Both the position numbers and the translations under genes were made by a program. From IMG/VR virus record IMGVR_UViG_3300045988_116240: a stretch of 64,000 nucleotides of DNA; one strand, 5' to 3'. The DNA comes from a virus. Positions 25,254 to 34,708 of the stretch are shown in pieces. The notes under the pieces were generated by a model that saw only the letters and a list, made by a program, of their open reading frames with translations, was not told where the DNA came from and did no database searches. Positions within the stretch are counted from its first letter, which is position 1; every line of letters starts with the position of its first letter.

Positions 25254-25436
25254 TATAAATTTGGGGAATTTAGGTCTTTATAGGAGACGATATCTTTAAC
25301 GCCACAATGTGTGTCACGTCTTATATTCTAATCAGTGACTACGCAAATATACTCTATTTATTTTATATTAGTAAAAAATAAGTCGTATTTTATTTATCTA
25401 ATATTGATTTTTACAGGGGAAACGTTCATGCGCACG

Positions 25437-27551
25437 CTATAAACTCGACTCATTTTTGGGATATGAATCAAGATATCCCGTTGATTCTTCTTTGATTATA
25501 GAAGGCTTAGGCATATCCTCTGATATGAGCGCTCCTATCATGTCTGTCATCAATATATCGTCGTGATTGCCACGACCGGGAATATTACCGTAACTACCGT
25601 CCGGACGTTGCTCGTATTTTGACGCTTCCTTGTACATACGCTCATCCGGGTCTATAAACATATCGTCCTCGAACGCCACTATGAAATTATCCACCATGTC
25701 CTGCTTGGTCTTCTTGTTGGTCTGGAAGCCTATCTTCTTGTATATGCCGTTCCTTATGTCCTCGGGATCCGTCGCCGCTCGCATGTAAAGATTAGGGTAG
25801 ATATCCTCTATCTTTTTCAGTATGCCACGAATATGATCGCCTTCCTCCACGAACTCGGATGCCTCTGATTTTTTCTTATCAAACGTATTGCTCTCGAAGG
25901 CGAGAAGGGCGTTCTTGTAGTATCTGGCGATCTTGACGGCTTTGTAGGCGAGCCAGTCATATCGTATATGACCGTGCCATCTGGCTACCACCTCCGGCTT
26001 TCCTCCGCTAAATCGTAAATTCCATCTGTTTATCACTGTTATACATGAGGGGTCTGAGTTCTTGCTACGTCCACCGACATCGACAATAACAAGATACTCG
26101 TTGGATGTCCTTGTATCATCGGGCCTCTTCCAGATTCTCAACAGGCCGTTCGGATTCTTGGTGAGAATTATCCTCTTGGTCTTCTCTGATTGGGATATGT
26201 CGCCAATGAACTCCGGGGGTGATACGTATCTTTCCCGCATTACCTCGATCGTATAGATATTGAACACGAGATTACCGGAATACTTGAAACACTCGACATC
26301 ATCGGATGGTGCCTCGGATGCCATCGAGGCGTGATCATGAAACGAGGCCCTTTTCTTGATATACCATTTGATGTGCTCCAGCGTAGCTCCTTTTTCCCAT
26401 AGAGACCATAGATACTGTCCCGGCTCGCTATTGTCATTAGGGGAGGTCGTGACATCCCTTCCCTCTAATAGATCCAGTATGAAAAGCCGGGTCTCTTTCT
26501 TGTCCTTGAATCTTATCATGTCGTTCTCGATAAAGAAGAACGGTATGAATAGCGCCTTACGGGATGAAGTGCCCTCCTTGGCCATTTGGTACTCATCATA
26601 GAAATAACCGGCCATGCCATTAGCTGTAGACTCGGAGATCTCCATGGTCAACGGTCTCTCCAATATATTCGAGTCTATGTTTGTTATAACCTGCTCCGCC
26701 GATTTGCCATCCGTTGTTTTCCAGTAGGCTACCTCCGAGAAGTGAGCCATGGCATAGTCCATACCACGTGTTGACTCGAAATTCTCATAAGATGCCACGG
26801 TTATCACGTTATCACGTACCTTGTTCCCGGACGGGTCGGTGATTATGGAGTCGGACGCCGAATGCTCGTAAGGGGCGAATTGTAGCTTGTCAACACCATA
26901 TATAAATCCCGGGATATTATCGAGAACCTTTTTATACATGGCCTTGATACGTTTGGCGGTATCTTTCGTCTGGGCTATAATTACGGAATACCATCCTTCC
27001 ATGACGAATAGCTGTATCCACGCCATATAAAGCTGTACCAAGGTGGAACCTCCCCATTGCCGGGCTTTCAATAATATTATACGGATCGGGACTCCCTTAT
27101 GCCTCATTTCCTCCAGAACGGATAGCACGTAACGTTGGGCGTAATTAAGCTCGAAGGGGATCATTTCTCCCGCCTCTTTCGACTTGATCTTAAATAACGA
27201 GAAAAAGGCGAAGGAGGGGTCTCTCGAGCAACGAGCCCAAAATAGCATGTTGGCCACGTCCTCCTCATTTATCCCATCTGAATCCGGGTACAGCTCGTTG
27301 AACCTTATCGTGTAGTCCTTTATGGAACCAGCTTTCAGAACATCTTGATACAGATCGTTCTTGAAAACCTCCTCGGTAAGCCACTGCACCCTTATGGGGT
27401 AATCATCTATGACAACCCTATGGCTATGCCCCTCCATTCCACGCCCCGTGAATTGGTCGTGCGTGCCGAATATATTTTTCAGCCTCTTGTTATTCTCGGC
27501 CAATATAGACTCAACCTCTTCCGTGAACGCTAATTTTCTGTATGACTCCAT
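25437..27551 (-). CDS. terL: terminase large subunit
   Basis: 704 aa. LLKARQWGGSTLV is a TerL-type Walker A variant. Size and position next to the head genes fit. Confidence 0.85.
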   Translation of the reverse strand: MESYRKLAFTEEVESILAENNKRLKNIFGTHDQFTGRGMEGHSHRVVIDDYPIRVQWLTEEVFKNDLYQDVLKAGSIKDYTIRFNELYPDSDGINEEDVANMLFWARCSRDPSFAFFSLFKIKSKEAGEMIPFELNYAQRYVLSVLEEMRHKGVPIRIILLKARQWGGSTLVQLYMAWIQLFVMEGWYSVIIAQTKDTAKRIKAMYKKVLDNIPGFIYGVDKLQFAPYEHSASDSIITDPSGNKVRDNVITVASYENFESTRGMDYAMAHFSEVAYWKTTDGKSAEQVITNIDSNILERPLTMEISESTANGMAGYFYDEYQMAKEGTSSRKALFIPFFFIENDMIRFKDKKETRLFILDLLEGRDVTTSPNDNSEPGQYLWSLWEKGATLEHIKWYIKKRASFHDHASMASEAPSDDVECFKYSGNLVFNIYTIEVMRERYVSPPEFIGDISQSEKTKRIILTKNPNGLLRIWKRPDDTRTSNEYLVIVDVGGRSKNSDPSCITVINRWNLRFSGGKPEVVARWHGHIRYDWLAYKAVKIARYYKNALLAFESNTFDKKKSEASEFVEEGDHIRGILKKIEDIYPNLYMRAATDPEDIRNGIYKKIGFQTNKKTKQDMVDNFIVAFEDDMFIDPDERMYKEASKYEQRPDGSYGNIPGRGNHDDILMTDMIGALISEDMPKPSIIKEESTGYLDSYPKNESSL

Positions 27552-27984
27552 AGATGATATAGGCTATTAGGAATGACAGCAAGTGTATCCTCCAGTTGAA
27601 TAAGGGGATAAACGCCATGACGATATTGCTCAATATTATTCTCCAAAGGCTTAGTTTATAGGCGTGATATCTGCGAGCGTAACATCCCATGATAAATCCG
27701 GACATGCCGCATGTAGGAACCGGCAATGAGGCTAGTGGTACGAACGAGGCCAAGACGCAAGACACGTAACCGATCAGGCATGTTTTCACACGAGGCTTAA
27801 ACTGGAATAAGGCGATAAGATTTAATGATAAATGAAAGATGTTCGCGTGGGTGAACGTGTAAAGGAAATGGTCGTATGGTATGGAATTGGTATCGAAATA
27901 GAAATGTTTACCTGCGAGTTGGAGTATGACGCTTGTCAAGGCGATTATTAATGAAGGAATCAGTCTTTTTAGCTTACCTTCCAT
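27511..27984 (-). CDS. rhomboid-like intramembrane serine protease candidate (minimal, 157 aa)
   Basis: HANIFHLSLN (HxxxxHxxxN), CGMSGFIMG (GxSG) and a downstream RIHLL histidine, with GlpG-like order and spacing. Overlaps the terL start by 41 nt. Confidence 0.55.
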   Translation of the reverse strand: MEGKLKRLIPSLIIALTSVILQLAGKHFYFDTNSIPYDHFLYTFTHANIFHLSLNLIALFQFKPRVKTCLIGYVSCVLASFVPLASLPVPTCGMSGFIMGCYARRYHAYKLSLWRIILSNIVMAFIPLFNWRIHLLSFLIAYIIYGVIQKISVHGRG

Positions 27985-28381
27985 TTTTCCTTTCCCGGTT
28001 GATGCGTTGTATTATCGCCAACGCCCGTGAATAGGATATGTAAAAACAGGGGGCCGTTTGATAGACCGCGAAAGAGGTGATGAAATAAACGGAGCTTCCC
28101 TTGAATTCTCTCTTTTTCTCCAGCTCTTTGTAAATCTCATAAATGTCATCGATCATCTTGTTCCTGATCGATCGACCCTTTTCCTTGGTCTTCCCTTTCC
28201 TGATCAGCAGGATTCCCCTATACGCTTGAAGGGTGGAGATCCAGAACCTAGAGGCATGTGAGGATATAGCCCTCATTACCGCCTCTCGGTGGGATTTCAC
28301 TTCCCTCATCTTCAAAGCACGTCTATAAGCTTCGTAAAGCTCCATGTCCCGCTCTGGGATGAAATCTACGCCATTAACCAT
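27974..28381 (-). CDS. hypothetical basic protein (small-terminase candidate by position only)
   Basis: 135 aa; first gene of the minus-strand operon containing terL. No motif recognised. Confidence 0.5.
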   Translation of the reverse strand: MVNGVDFIPERDMELYEAYRRALKMREVKSHREAVMRAISSHASRFWISTLQAYRGILLIRKGKTKEKGRSIRNKMIDDIYEIYKELEKKREFKGSSVYFITSFAVYQTAPCFYISYSRALAIIQRINRERKNGR

Positions 28382-28472
28382 AAAGAACGCTTGTTTTGGT
28401 GAACATCACAAAGATAAAAAATAGATTCACATGTTTGATTATTCTTAGGGTTCATGGGTTAAATAAAATAAT

Positions 28473-28511
28473 CAAAATAACAAAACGGATATACCTTATT
28501 ATTTTCCTTTG
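28473..28511 (+). promoter_or_regulatory. structural-operon promoter-like motif, copy 2 (CAAAATAACAAAA-N22-TTTG)
   Basis: See 7423-7461. Lies 23 nt before ATG 28535. Confidence 0.45.
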
Positions 28512-28534
28512 CCTAAAACAAAATCGATTAAGGT

Positions 28535-29239
28535 ATGGCAGATATATCTAACAAAGAGAGATTCAGACAGAGATACGCCAAACGGAATCCGGATCTTAAC
28601 ATGGATGACGAGGAGGCTTACTACGGCTCGGTCAACCAGTTCATGGACGAGTATGAGGGTTATGAGGGAAACTCTAAGAAAATGCGAGAGAACCTATCGA
28701 AGAGTCCAGCTTTCGCCGAGTTGATGGTAGCCGCTAGGGATCAGGATGATTTCGATCCCGTGGTGTGGATGGTACAGAATAAGGGGCTTGACTTAAAAGC
28801 CTTGGCCGATGATCCCGATTATTCGCAAAAGCTGGCCGACGCTCATAACGCTTACTTGGAGAAACTGGCGAAACAGGACGAGATCGAGAAACAAATGTCG
28901 GAGAATATGCCGGCTAGCGTGGAAGCGATTAGGGCGAAAGCCTCGGAGATGGGCCTTTCCGATGATCAAGCGGAGGAGGTTATAGGCAAGATGTATCAAG
29001 TCATGGATGACTTGATCGTCGGTAAATTGGACCCGTCTATTTTCGAGATGATGGCCAAGGGAATGAATTATAACCAAGACGTGGAGGCCGCTCGGGAGGA
29101 AGGCGTTGCGGAAGGGATCAACAAGAAAGTTACCGACAAGTTAAAGGATCTTAGCGGTAAGCAGGAAAGACCGAGAGGAAGACAAGGAGCACGGCAGGAG
29201 AAGCCGGTTACGCAAGACGTGAACAATCCTTTTTTATAA
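28535..29239 (+). CDS. scaffolding protein candidate
   Basis: 234 aa, acidic, helical, Asp/Glu/Lys/Ala-rich; immediately upstream of the capsid gene. Confidence 0.5.
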   Translation: MADISNKERFRQRYAKRNPDLNMDDEEAYYGSVNQFMDEYEGYEGNSKKMRENLSKSPAFAELMVAARDQDDFDPVVWMVQNKGLDLKALADDPDYSQKLADAHNAYLEKLAKQDEIEKQMSENMPASVEAIRAKASEMGLSDDQAEEVIGKMYQVMDDLIVGKLDPSIFEMMAKGMNYNQDVEAAREEGVAEGINKKVTDKLKDLSGKQERPRGRQGARQEKPVTQDVNNPFL

Positions 29240-29268
29240 TAAGAATAATAACAATTAATACTTTTGCG

Positions 29269-30870
29269 ATGAATAAATTATTTAAAGACAAGATGTTTTG
29301 GGTCAAGGCTTTGTTCTTTGTCTTGGCGGTATTGACTGGTGGAGCGGCTATGGCCGTGGAGATCGGGGAGAATGGAAGTGATACGGATCCCAATGATGGC
29401 AAGCCGTTGGAGAACGCGACCCCGGACGCAGCAGGTAAGGGTATTGATCAGCAGGGGCAGGGGGCTACCGGATCTGCGGTCACTGACGCTGATCTGGCCG
29501 AGAACAAGGTAGAGGATTACGTCAGTAAATTTCAAGCGTACAAATATCCCATGCACACGGATTTCCTCAAGCTCGCCAAGCAAGTCCATGTCAACACGAA
29601 GGAACCGGAGCATTACAATATTGGCGAGGCTATAATGGATTGCGTTACCAAGGCGGCGGTGACCAACACGGAAAAGGACGCTGAGGTAAAACTAAGCTTG
29701 TATAAGAATGACGAGAAGTTATTTGCCGAGTGCAACACTGTCTTGGTAGACGGCGTAACCGGATATGATGAGAACGGAAATTCTGACGGTAGTCCGTTAG
29801 TCCTCTATGTCATATCCGCGGATAAGGCTAACGGTATTATGGTTTCCGCTCTTAATGGCCCGTTGGATGAAGGAAAAAACATGTATGTGCCGGATTTGAA
29901 AGCGGGTACCGGATTGCACATCATGGCACCGGCCATGAGTGAGAGTGAGGTGGAGATCGCCCCGGATTCCGCTTATCCCAAGAAAGAGATCGCCTACTTG
30001 CAGAAGAAGGTATGTCCAATCACGTGGACGGAATTCTTCGAGCGTATCAATAAGAAGGCTAAGTGGAACGTGCAAGACTTGAAGGATTGGACTTTGTCTA
30101 ATTTCCGTAAGAAATGTACACGCACGATGTTGATCGGCGTAGGTACGAAGTTCGTGAAGTATGGCTCCAAGAAAACAGGTACCGAATACGTGTATGCCCA
30201 GAAAGGCGTGTTGAGACAATTACGGCTGGGTTACCAGATCGGTTCGACATTGGAGTTCGCCGATCTTATCGGTATCACCCGTATGCTTTTCGGAAAGTAC
30301 TCGAACACGAACGAGATGGACGTGTATTGCGGTACCAAGTTCATCGAGAAGTTGCTGAACATCGATTTCACGAAACATAAGGATATCTCATTCGTCAAGA
30401 AACAGAATATCGGTATTGATATCTCCTCTTTCGAGACCACTTTCGGAAAGTTGAACTTCAAGGTCGAGCACGCCCTTGACGATCTTGGATATGAGGAATG
30501 CGCCGTCGCTTTCCCGATGTCCGAGGCCAAGCGTTATTACTACCAGAAAGGAAAGACTCTTACCGTGGATCATTCCAAGGGGGAAGGCGGTGAGGTGCGG
30601 GAGGCCAAATCCCAATATTATATTCAGGATGACTGCTTGATGCTTACGGGTTATAACTCGATGCTGATCGGTCCGGACGTGACAGTGAGCGGATATAAGC
30701 TGTCTATGCTTGACACGGTCGTTTCCAGCGTGGCTTCCCTGAGTTCCGTATCTACACCGAAAAAGGACGATGTGGTTTACTTGACCGTAGCGGACGATAC
30801 GCACGCCGTCGGATTATATGTATATGACGGTACGGCATGGAAACCATACAAGGGAGAGATCAACGTGTAA
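29269..30870 (+). CDS. major capsid protein candidate
   Basis: 533 aa; follows the scaffold-like gene and is followed by a strong hairpin. Start uncertain: the first 27 aa are hydrophobic, and an alternative start M28 lies at 29350. Confidence 0.6.
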   Translation: MNKLFKDKMFWVKALFFVLAVLTGGAAMAVEIGENGSDTDPNDGKPLENATPDAAGKGIDQQGQGATGSAVTDADLAENKVEDYVSKFQAYKYPMHTDFLKLAKQVHVNTKEPEHYNIGEAIMDCVTKAAVTNTEKDAEVKLSLYKNDEKLFAECNTVLVDGVTGYDENGNSDGSPLVLYVISADKANGIMVSALNGPLDEGKNMYVPDLKAGTGLHIMAPAMSESEVEIAPDSAYPKKEIAYLQKKVCPITWTEFFERINKKAKWNVQDLKDWTLSNFRKKCTRTMLIGVGTKFVKYGSKKTGTEYVYAQKGVLRQLRLGYQIGSTLEFADLIGITRMLFGKYSNTNEMDVYCGTKFIEKLLNIDFTKHKDISFVKKQNIGIDISSFETTFGKLNFKVEHALDDLGYEECAVAFPMSEAKRYYYQKGKTLTVDHSKGEGGEVREAKSQYYIQDDCLMLTGYNSMLIGPDVTVSGYKLSMLDTVVSSVASLSSVSTPKKDDVVYLTVADDTHAVGLYVYDGTAWKPYKGEINV

Positions 30871-30889
30871 ACTGTAATATTGTCAAACA

Positions 30890-30920
30890 AGACCCACCGG
30901 AGCAAACGCACGGTGGGTCT
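30890..30920 (+). terminator. strong hairpin after the capsid gene
   Basis: 10-bp stem AGACCCACCG/CGGTGGGTCT with an 11-nt loop. Confidence 0.55.
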
Positions 30921-30935
30921 AATAAAATCAATCGA

Positions 30936-31340
30936 ATGATCACGAAAACATATGAGTTGGTAGGCAAGGATAATTGCATGCTCCGTACTATATACTGCGG
31001 CACAAGGGTCAGCATGGAGTTCAAGGGCGGTAATTTCATCAATGGCAAGAACGCCTTACTACGGACTAGCAACCCTTTCGTACAAGACGCTATCGAGAAT
31101 GATTGCCGATTTGGTACGTCTATCCGGCTCGTCTCTACGTTAAAAGACGATGATGTGTCTGGTGTCTCGGTCATGAGGAACTCGAGAGGCCGGGAAAAAC
31201 AAGTGAAAGAGGTCAAGACCGTAAAGAACGTGAATGATGCTATTGACTATTTCGCCAAAATGGGCTATAAAGTGGAGAACGATGATATGCTCGAGGAGTT
31301 AAAGGATAAATTAAGTGTCTCGTTCCCGAACATGAAATGA
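30936..31340 (+). CDS. hypothetical virion protein (134 aa from ATG 30936)
   Basis: Track ORF starts at 30837, inside the capsid gene and across the hairpin. The internal ATG at 30936 is preferred. Confidence 0.5.
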   Translation: MITKTYELVGKDNCMLRTIYCGTRVSMEFKGGNFINGKNALLRTSNPFVQDAIENDCRFGTSIRLVSTLKDDDVSGVSVMRNSRGREKQVKEVKTVKNVNDAIDYFAKMGYKVENDDMLEELKDKLSVSFPNMK

Positions 31341-31341
31341 T

Positions 31342-31980
31342 ATGGATATTAGCGTGAGCGACATAGTGAGTGAGGTCAAGATCTGCATAGACGAGATCGG
31401 GCTTAATGACGCTGAGTTCCTAGGAACGCAGGATAACGAGGAAATGGACACGATTATCAAGTCCAAGATATCGGAGGCGTTGCGCTTCGTGAACGGTAAC
31501 GCAGACTGGGGCCTGTTGGAACCAAACAAGATAATAACGGACGGAACCATAGAGGAAGATCTTGTCGCTCATGTAAGCTTGCCGGAGAACTACTCTCGGA
31601 TTTGTTACGCTAGGCTATCATCATGGCCTTTATTTATTTCAGATCCTATCTATTGGAACGATAAGGAATACGCCACGCTGTCGGATCCATACGCAACGGG
31701 GACATGGGAAAGACCTAAACTGGCGTTGACCATGAGGCCGGGTAAGACATTGGAGCTATATAAGGCGAAGGATAAATCCGACACGTTCGAGATCGGGATC
31801 ATAACGGACGAGGATATAACGGATAGCTTGGAGGTAAGCACCAAGCTGAAAAAGGCGCTGATCTATTATATATCCGGCCTCACGTTGCTTACTTACAGGG
31901 ATCAGCACGCGGACAGTATGTTTAATCAAGCGTTGGTTCTTATGGGTGTCAATCCATCCGGGGCCAACTCCAATCAATAA
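31342..31980 (+). CDS. hypothetical structural protein
   Basis: ORF track entry, 212 aa; 1-nt gap from the upstream gene. Confidence 0.5.
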   Translation: MDISVSDIVSEVKICIDEIGLNDAEFLGTQDNEEMDTIIKSKISEALRFVNGNADWGLLEPNKIITDGTIEEDLVAHVSLPENYSRICYARLSSWPLFISDPIYWNDKEYATLSDPYATGTWERPKLALTMRPGKTLELYKAKDKSDTFEIGIITDEDITDSLEVSTKLKKALIYYISGLTLLTYRDQHADSMFNQALVLMGVNPSGANSNQ

Positions 31981-31995
31981 CAAGACTATAGAATC

Positions 31996-34362
31996 ATGGT
32001 ATACATATTCAAGGACAGGTTAATTCGGGTAGAGTGGACTATTTACAAGGGGATAAGCCCGGTGAAAGAGGATTTCTCCCGATCTAATGTAAAGGTTTTT
32101 CTATTAGGCAACCGGGAGAAATATCTACTTCAAGCGAGAGCGGACAAAGGTACGCTTTATGTAGACATTCCTTCAGGGTTGGAAGAAGGAACTTACTCTA
32201 TCGAGGCGATATGGGTCAAGAATATGGATCATGTCTTTGATACACGAAGCGTATGCCGCTCCAAGAAAGAGGATCTTTTCTCTATTACCGAATTTGAGGA
32301 CGAGGCTACGAATATCGGAGAAGGTGTCGTCGTGCTGAAAGTAAAGACCTCTACCGCCACTTATGGCTATGATGGCTTGTCCTCATACGAGCTGGCCGTA
32401 TTACGTGGGGACTGGAGCGGTACGGAAGGAGAGTGGCTGAAGCATGAGCGTTATGTAAGCGTACTCGATTCCCGTGGTGATAGCGAGGTTGACACCATGA
32501 GCCAAAAGGCCATTACCGATGAGTTGGAGAAACAAGACGAGGCTATAGAGGACATTCGAAATGATACAAATGATCTTGGTGATCGGGTAGAGGAAGCGGA
32601 GGACAAGGTTAATAATATGGGGAATATCGTTGATGAGATCAAGAGTCACGCCCCGGTATCAGCCCGTCCCGCCGGTTTCAAGCCGGACATCGACCTTACC
32701 CCGGAGATCACGGTAGACCGTGCTTGGAGAGACCATGAGGGTAACGTTATCCGTGATACGTATATCACCCGGAGGGGATTGAGGAACGAGATAATCGACA
32801 TCACCAACCAGCAGGTAACGGACTTGAAGCCCGGTTCCGTCGATCCGGACGATCTTTCCGAGGCTACGAAGCAATTGATAGGTAACAAGAGCATAACCAA
32901 CCTTCCGGACGAGGAGGATATAACCGTTACGGATAACCAGACCTTAAAATTAAAAGACAAGGAATACGCCCCGAAGGATTACTCCGGCATGGGACGTGTG
33001 TATCTCCGGAAGCATTACGTGAACGGCGTGAACACGCTCACGCAACACATGATGAGAAAACCGAACACCATTTATATCATCCAGTACGATTACTGCCTCG
33101 CTGGGCAGACGATCGAGGTGCCGGAGAATTGCGTGTTGAAATTCCAAGGGGGGAGTTTGAGGAATGGAATAGTAATATTGAATGGAACTTCTTTAATGGA
33201 AGATGGATCGAGAATTTTTGATAATATCACTCTTTCGGGCATTCTAAATGGGGACTTATCATGTACGATGTTCGGGGCTTCTCCTTCTAGCTCAAAAGAC
33301 CTAAATTTGGATTCCATAAAAGAAACAATAAAACAGTTAGATAACGTTGGTGGAGGGGAGTTGCTTATTCCACAAGAAATAAACTATGGGTATGAAAGAA
33401 ATACTCCATCTACATGGGTGTATACTACTGTGTCTAATAATATCATCGTAAAGGATGAATCAAAAGGGAATACATATAATCTTCCATCAAGAGATGGCTC
33501 CCAGATTAGAAACTTCTTTATGACAGAAGGAAACCCAATGGATGGCAAGCATGATGGAGGAGGATTCATGGTGAGAGCTAATTGGCATCCTTACATGATG
33601 CTTAGCAATGATAGAGATCCTGTTGAGGCTAATAACAGAAGAGCTACTTATTTTGTAGGTAATAATGGGAAAATCTGTTGGGGCATAGGTCAAGGTTCTA
33701 ATACAATAGAACCTGATGGGACGGATAGGGATGATGCTCTCTCTAATTTCAAGATAGTAGGAAATGATATTGCAGGGGGAAATGGGCTTACCAATATGAT
33801 GGTAATTAATAAAACTAATGCTTTTTTTGGTTTTAATTTGAGTACTCCAGCACAAGATTATCATTTTAATTTTAGAAATGTAGAAGGGAGGGATAATGCC
33901 AATGTTCATTTTGATGCGAGTCTTAGGAGTGGTACATTAGAAATATTATTAACGGCAGGTGAAGCGAAGAAAAGAATAGGAGTTTCACCAATTACAAATA
34001 ATCTTTATTTTGTCTCAGATAATAGTATAGTTACAAGTATTACCCGAAATGGAGACATTTTATTAAAGGGTAACTTAGGCCTATTTACAGGAGAAGGAGA
34101 CCCAAATGGTGTATTTAGTTGTGGAATTGGAGCACTTTACCAAAATAGAACTGTTCGGGCAAATGGAAAAGGTTTATATGTGTGTACTGATACAGCCAAT
34201 AAAAAATTTAATCTGGTTTCGGGTGTAGATTCCTGTACATCGACCTCAAGACCTTCTACTACTGAGTTACCTGTAGGATTTCCAACTTTTGACACAACAT
34301 TAGGTAAGCCTATTTGGTGGACAGGCACGAACTGGGTCGATGCCACCGGAGCTACCGTATAA
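31996..34362 (+). CDS. tail fibre / tail spike protein candidate
   Basis: 788 aa with a central coiled-coil-like acidic segment. C-terminus GKPIWWTGTNWVDATGATV shares the W-x-G-x-x-WV motif with 37671..38243. Confidence 0.55.
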   Translation: MVYIFKDRLIRVEWTIYKGISPVKEDFSRSNVKVFLLGNREKYLLQARADKGTLYVDIPSGLEEGTYSIEAIWVKNMDHVFDTRSVCRSKKEDLFSITEFEDEATNIGEGVVVLKVKTSTATYGYDGLSSYELAVLRGDWSGTEGEWLKHERYVSVLDSRGDSEVDTMSQKAITDELEKQDEAIEDIRNDTNDLGDRVEEAEDKVNNMGNIVDEIKSHAPVSARPAGFKPDIDLTPEITVDRAWRDHEGNVIRDTYITRRGLRNEIIDITNQQVTDLKPGSVDPDDLSEATKQLIGNKSITNLPDEEDITVTDNQTLKLKDKEYAPKDYSGMGRVYLRKHYVNGVNTLTQHMMRKPNTIYIIQYDYCLAGQTIEVPENCVLKFQGGSLRNGIVILNGTSLMEDGSRIFDNITLSGILNGDLSCTMFGASPSSSKDLNLDSIKETIKQLDNVGGGELLIPQEINYGYERNTPSTWVYTTVSNNIIVKDESKGNTYNLPSRDGSQIRNFFMTEGNPMDGKHDGGGFMVRANWHPYMMLSNDRDPVEANNRRATYFVGNNGKICWGIGQGSNTIEPDGTDRDDALSNFKIVGNDIAGGNGLTNMMVINKTNAFFGFNLSTPAQDYHFNFRNVEGRDNANVHFDASLRSGTLEILLTAGEAKKRIGVSPITNNLYFVSDNSIVTSITRNGDILLKGNLGLFTGEGDPNGVFSCGIGALYQNRTVRANGKGLYVCTDTANKKFNLVSGVDSCTSTSRPSTTELPVGFPTFDTTLGKPIWWTGTNWVDATGATV

Positions 34363-34381
34363 CCATTAAAACATTATAATC

Positions 34382-34687
34382 ATGAGACAATTCATATACA
34401 CGATCATCAGAAAGATATTCAAGCTTGTATTCTCTATCTACAAGCCTAAGGTAAGGACATTGTACAAAGGCCGTAAGAACATCGATCTTACGGAGAACGG
34501 CAATCAGCGCATAATGGTAGGTAAGCCTTTCTATCTGGCCGGGAACACCTACAAGTTAGATCAACGAGATAATACGAGCGTATTCAAGCTGGCCCTTTAC
34601 AAGAAGGAAGGCGAGGATTGGGTAAAGGCTAATGACCTAGACTTGATCTTGAAGTTGAACGCCGGCTACAACATATTTTACGTATAA
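34382..34687 (+). CDS. hypothetical protein
   Basis: ORF track entry, 101 aa. Confidence 0.5.
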   Translation: MRQFIYTIIRKIFKLVFSIYKPKVRTLYKGRKNIDLTENGNQRIMVGKPFYLAGNTYKLDQRDNTSVFKLALYKKEGEDWVKANDLDLILKLNAGYNIFYV

Positions 34688-34708
34688 CGAACTAAAGCAC
34701 GATACATC

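Noticed and set aside
28509-28724. 71-aa ORF overlapping the 5' end of the scaffold gene (also 30114..30380 in the capsid gene and 41400..41672)
   Set aside because: These are Arg/Ser/Thr/Trp-rich out-of-frame translations with no repeat or synonymous-substitution evidence, unlike the frame-B ORF in dcm.
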